Shown here: positions 63,571-64,000 of the stretch, piece by piece
Layout: every line of letters begins with the position of its first letter
Numbering within the stretch: position 1 is the stretch's first letter
Source of the DNA: Chiloscyllium plagiosum
Taxonomy: Eukaryota
Direction: 5' to 3'
Assembly (NCBI RefSeq): GCF_004010195.1
Contig: NC_057756.1
Coordinates: 2,606,776-2,670,775 of the forward strand
DNA: 64,000 bases
Translations under genes and position numbers: made by a program
The notes under the pieces: model-generated
What the model was told of the DNA's origin: nothing
Databases searched by the model: none
Seen by the model: only the letters and a program-made list of their open reading frames with translations

Positions 63571-63591
63571 AACTTGAAAACGAACGAATTA
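63571..63591 (+). CDS. 21-nt heptad micro-exon type C (ELENERI)
   Basis: tttcactgttgcag|AACTTGAAAACGAACGAATTA|gtaagt. Confidence 0.85.
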
Positions 63592-64000
63592 GTAAGTCTT
63601 TCTCTCATCACATAACTTAAACTTAATTTGTATCCTTTTTCGTCACAGGGATATGAGATTTCAATACTGTGAATTTTATTACGTTCCATATGTGTTGAAA
63701 ATATATTTGTGTGAAAAAGGTGATTTAGACAGTCGGTGAATCACGGATTTAGTTCACCAAATTGAATTATAATCAAAGTTAACACCTTCTTGCGAACTGT
63801 ATACGACAAATAACAGGAACTGTTGCATAGAAAGACTTTTTATTGCTAAACTGAAGTGGGAGATTTTATATCAGAGAAACGGCAATTATACAAATCCCTT
63901 GCGGTTTTCTATCGAAATGAACATAAATTAAATGAGGAATATACATCTAGCCTTTGGGGATAAACGAAATTTAAATATGAAAAAGAAGGAATGACAATTG

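Larger units (their letters stand above)
1..64000 (+). repeat. Diverged tandem segmental repeat, ~9-10 kb unit carrying micro-exons A-B-C-D, about 5 copies inflated by TE insertions
   Basis: The same intronic blocks recur in the same order. The post-B block is at ~1, ~25660, ~36060, ~45080 and ~60380. The post-C block is at ~12130, ~28340, ~38520, ~47790 and ~63600. A-to-A spacing is 10315 and 9018 bp; C-to-C spacing is 10188 and 9269 bp. Confidence 0.85.

Noticed and set aside
12096..63591. Assigning a gene symbol (BTN, BG or TRIM) to the micro-exon gene
   Set aside because: Only the exon architecture is shared; no Ig, transmembrane, RING/B-box or B30.2 exon was recognised in the window.

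Overview
Eukaryotic, AT-rich, repeat-laden genomic DNA. The repeat complement (CR1/HER1-type LINEs, HE1/V-SINE-type SINE, Penelope-derived hairpins, Gmr1-type Gypsy LTR elements) points to a cartilaginous fish, probably a shark (inference). None of the six-frame ORFs is a host gene: they are decayed retroelement pieces or noise. The main hidden structure is a + strand array of 21-nt micro-exons of four recurring types (A, B, C, D). I count 14 with intact AG/GT sites and 4 with damaged splice sites, and 2 more are deleted from their repeat units. The exons sit in a ~9-10 kb tandemly duplicated unit (about 5 copies) plus a young 1.16-kb A+B sub-repeat running out of a 500-N assembly gap. Only phase 1 is stop-free across the intact exons, and each exon then encodes exactly one heptad (AFRKRQE DYAAKEA DLANDRI AFRKCHE DMKKCKE DNAVNEA DIRKWRE DVANEKI ... 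AMKKHME EFAAKEP AMKERME EFAAKEA DMKKSME ELENERI). This one-heptad-per-exon architecture is known from the cytoplasmic tails of chicken BG proteins and butyrophilins. The window is therefore probably the interior of a large gene whose helical/coiled-coil rod is being lengthened and shortened by birth and death of micro-exons. The gene's identity cannot be fixed from this window because no Ig, TM or B30.2 exon is visible. The introns also carry two decayed Gmr1-type Gypsy elements (integrase upstream of RT), an internally deleted L1 nested in an LTR, many CR1 pieces, SINEs, and palindromic Penelope-type elements with hammerhead-like cores.
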